Origin: Bugula neritina
Taxonomy: Eukaryota > Animalia > Bryozoa
Assembly: GCA_964035545.1 (NCBI GenBank)
Contig: CAXIUT010000130.1
Span: 1-28,846 of the forward strand
DNA: 28,846 nt
Direction of reading: 5' to 3'
Below the pieces are notes generated by a model. That model was not told the DNA's origin. It ran no database searches and saw only the letters and a program-made list of their open reading frames with translations. Both the position numbers and the translations under genes were made by a program. The stretch's first letter is position 1. Each line of letters opens with the position of its first letter. Positions 25,868 through 28,846 of the stretch are shown here, piece after piece.

Positions 25868-26642
25868 ATGAAAGCTCTAGAATTAAAAAATTACTTGAAA
25901 GAAGGCTATGGCACTGAATAGTTAGGTTCAGGTCATATCCTTCATAAGTACAAACTATGTACTTGATTAATAAAGCAGGGAGCAAGGGTATAACTACCTA
26001 AGATATTCCAACTCTAACTCAATAAATTAAAAAGTTATAAGATAGCAATAAAGAATAGAAATTAGTTTAACTTTCTCTTCTCCTATGTATAAAAAATATC
26101 ATTGAGATCATAACTCTATTGACTCGGTTGGTTGTAAGTATCTTACTCAAATAAAATGGTCAAACTTGAAACAACTTGAGATAGGGTATAATAAAATTGG
26201 TCCTGAAGGTTGTAAAGAACTCGTCAAAGAAAAGTGGTCATAGCTATAAGAACTAGATATAGGTATAAATATATATACAAAGGTGGCAATAATATAGGAG
26301 TTGAGGGCTGTATTTATCTGTCTCAATCTCTATGGAAAAAACTTGAGAAGTTATCTATTGGGAACAATAACATAGGTGCTTAAGGATGTCGATAGTTGTT
26401 GAAGGCTGACTGGCCTTGTTTACGGTAATTGTCTTTATGTAATTTATTGGTTAGAAAGGGGATAACAATTTGGAAGTTGAGGGATGTAGAGAGATGGTTA
26501 AGACGAAGTGGAAAAAATTATAAAAAGTGATGATATGTATATATGATCGAATGTAGGGACAAACAATATTGGAAGGCAGGGATATCAAATTCTGAAGAGA
26601 CATAATTGGAAAATATAGTGTTAACTGCAATTTAAAAACTGA
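25868..26642 (+). CDS. LRR protein with 26-aa repeats (xNxIGxEGCxxLxxxxWxxLxxLxI), 224 aa. Introns 25959-25978, 26087-26106, 26263-26282, 26439-26458, 26537-26556
   Basis: Repeats HNSIDSVGCKYLTQIKWSNLKQLEIG / YNKIGPEGCKELVKEKWSELEELDIG / GNNIGVEGCIYLSQSLWKKLEKLSIG / NNNIGAEGCRELLKADWPCLRELSLW / DNNLEVEGCREMVKTKWKKLEKVMIW. The start codon is less certain. Confidence 0.82.
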
Positions 26643-26690
26643 TTCATTTGAGTAATTAGAGCTATTAAGTAAAATATATCTCTTTTAAAA

Positions 26691-27953
26691 TCAAGAACAA
26701 CTTGGCACACTGAAACCTTGGCATCCTTGCTCTAATATATCTCCTTTGCAAACAGCTACTCCATTCTAACATACAAAAGCTGGGAAGTAGTCGATAAACA
26801 AATTAGGGTCATCGAATTCTGAAGGGATTGAGGTCATTCTTTTATAGGCATCCATCAAATCTTAGTAAAATTGTCTTTAGTTAAAGACATAGTTAAAGGC
26901 TTGCTGAGCATTGTTTGAGAGAGGCATGTAGCTTGGGTCGACAGCGTGGCAATCAAAAAGAGTTGTGTTGGCTATCTGAGGACAGAATTTTCCAGGAGCA
27001 GTACCATCAGGACTAGCTGTAAAGGAGTGGTAGATACCCATGTCTACATTCATCATAATTCTGCCTGTTCCTGCATTGTTAGTTCTCTCACGAGTCCATT
27101 GAAGTTTATTAGTAGTAGGTGGTGCTGAGAAATGAACTTATTATCTATCACCTCCATTATTATCATTGAGTGATGAAGGTGTTTGAACCAAATTAAATCT
27201 TCTTCCTCCGAATCCAAGTTAGAACTCATACAGTCCATTGTTAATAACGTTTCTGTCTGCTCCTGCACCCCAAGGTCCTGAAAATCCTGAATTTTCTTGT
27301 TGTGCTGTTCCTGCATTATGCAGACCCAAAAGAGCCACCAAATCATATTCAGAGACAGCTCCTTTGAGTCCTGTAGTTATACCTTCCATAATGCTGATAG
27401 GAGAACTGGGGTCTGATGAAGTCCAGTTGGCTATTCCATCTGGAAAAATTCCTTCTAAGTCATCTTGAGAGGATTCAAAAGTATTGTTGAATCTTCCATA
27501 TTTAAAGGCTGAGAAAGTAGCTGGCCATGTTGGCAGAGTTCCAGTGCCTTGAGAGCCCCTTCTAATTCCCTTAACGAGAGCTCTCATTTAGCATAGAGCC
27601 CAAAAATCTGGTCTTGATAGAACATCCCTGAAGGGACTATTTCTATTATAATAGAGTCTATCCATTCTCCTGACAAAGTCTTAAAGACCTCTATTTTCTG
27701 TATTTTATAGATTTATTCTTCCATCGCATCCTCCCACACAATCATGAAATGCAGCCCTGTTGAATTTTCTAATTTGCAAAGGACCTCTTCCTCCAGGTTG
27801 ATCTGCTGGAAATATTTAATTATCAATCTATCTGAGCAGGCCATCCATGATTTCAGGAGTAATTGTGGCTGAAATGATAGATGATAAAGCACTTGTAGCT
27901 AGGATGAGTATCAAAAGAACTTTGATGAGACTTTAGTTTGTTTTTTGCATCAT
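26691..27953 (-). CDS. Secreted non-animal heme peroxidase (peroxidase-catalase superfamily), 420 aa, intronless
   Basis: Signal peptide LIKVLLILILATSALS, distal motif RAAFHDCVGGCDG, ENRGL, LSRPDFWAL, FKYGR, proximal LVALLGLHNAG, SGFSGPW, MMNVDMGI, and FYEDLMDAYKRM. Confidence 0.85.
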
Positions 27954-28575
27954 GATATTGAATAAATTATATTTTTTTTGGAAAGATTTAGTGGATAAAT
28001 AATGAAAAGCTTTAATGGTTTAATTGTAAAAAAAGGTAGTTTGATGTTTGAATTTCTATTTGTAAAAGTTTTATTAAAATAACGTTCTATTTAAGACTAA
28101 TTTTTGAGGATTAAGCTGAAATAATAAAATGAAGATTCTCAAAAAAACTAATATTATGATTAAATTGCTACAAAAATTAGATTTTGGTGAATATTCTAAT
28201 ATATTTAGAGTTTTACATCAAAAACATCGTTAGTAAAAATAGCATTATCAATAAAACTTTTTATTTTTTTATAATTAGACAATAGTATAGTCTATAATGA
28301 GATTTTGATGAGTAAATATAGCAATTAATCTGAGAATTGATATTTATTTTTAAATAATTTGAATAGTTAAAGAGAGAGCATATAATGCGTTACTCATAAA
28401 ACAAAAAATAAAATATGTTAAAGATGATGCAGATAGGTGTATTTAGACATATTTTATGATTTCTATCAATTTTAGAACTTAATTTAATTATTTATTTTTA
28501 ATGAGGGCTGATTAAAATATTCATTTATTAGGATAAAATTGATAATATTTGACTGTAAAATATATATTTATTGAT

Positions 28576-28644
28576 GGGGTTGGGGTTGGGGTTGGGGTTG
28601 GGGTTGGGGTTGGGGTTGGGGTTGGGGTTGGGGTTGGGGTTGGG
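28576..28644. repeat. Internal (GGGGTT)n telomeric tract
   Basis: About 11.5 perfect G4T2 units followed by 133 bp of non-telomeric DNA. Confidence 0.97.
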
Positions 28645-28777
28645 ATTATCAATATATTTTGATAAAATATCTATCTTAACTTACTTATATAATATTTTAA
28701 TAGTAACATTATTTCTTTAATCAATTTTATTTTAATTATATATTTATTATTTTGATAAAATATGAAACGTAGTCATA

Positions 28778-28846
28778 GGGGTTGGGGTTGGGGTTGGGGT
28801 TGGGGTTGGGGTTGGGGTTGGGGTTGGGGTTGGGGTTGGGGTTGGG
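28778..28846. repeat. Right terminal telomere, (GGGGTT)n
   Basis: About 11.5 perfect G4T2 units running to the contig end. Confidence 0.98.

Noticed and set aside
21813-26556. Euplotes-style programmed +1 ribosomal frameshifting as the cause of frame changes
   Set aside because: Every frame change coincides with a GTA...AG segment whose removal restores the protein motif exactly.
28645-28777. Minus-strand ATG-initiated frame across the inter-telomere spacer
   Set aside because: The ATG is 1 nt from the telomere, the frame is short, and it has no homology support.

Overview
This window is a complete, telomere-to-telomere ciliate macronuclear minichromosome of 28.8 kb, with (C4A2)n at the left end and (G4T2)n at the right. 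It is very AT-rich and gene-dense. The supplied ORF track is largely misleading because the genes use a non-standard code. TAA and TAG fall at invariant Glu positions: DEAD-box PTRE, the Nudix box REVEEETG, and the AAA Walker B FDEID. TGA is the only stop, which matches the peritrich nuclear code (NCBI table 30), so the source is probably a peritrich. Hand translation gives about 18 genes: SPAG1-like TPR, TRAPPC8/Trs85, a kelch protein, three orphan membrane proteins, a coiled-coil/MORN protein, Dcp2, RRP3/DDX47, EB1, THOC2, an 85-aa membrane microprotein, LRRC23-like, LRRC72-like, NSF, a modular LRR protein, a secreted heme peroxidase and one doubtful ORF. The strongest signal is the introns. 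Of 18 frame-restoring introns, 17 are exactly 20 nt and one is 23 nt; all begin GTA, and 17 of 18 have an A six nt from the 3' end, which suggests ruler-like tiny-intron splicing. The right end carries two telomere tracts separated by 133 bp. All gene models were built by hand, without database searches.
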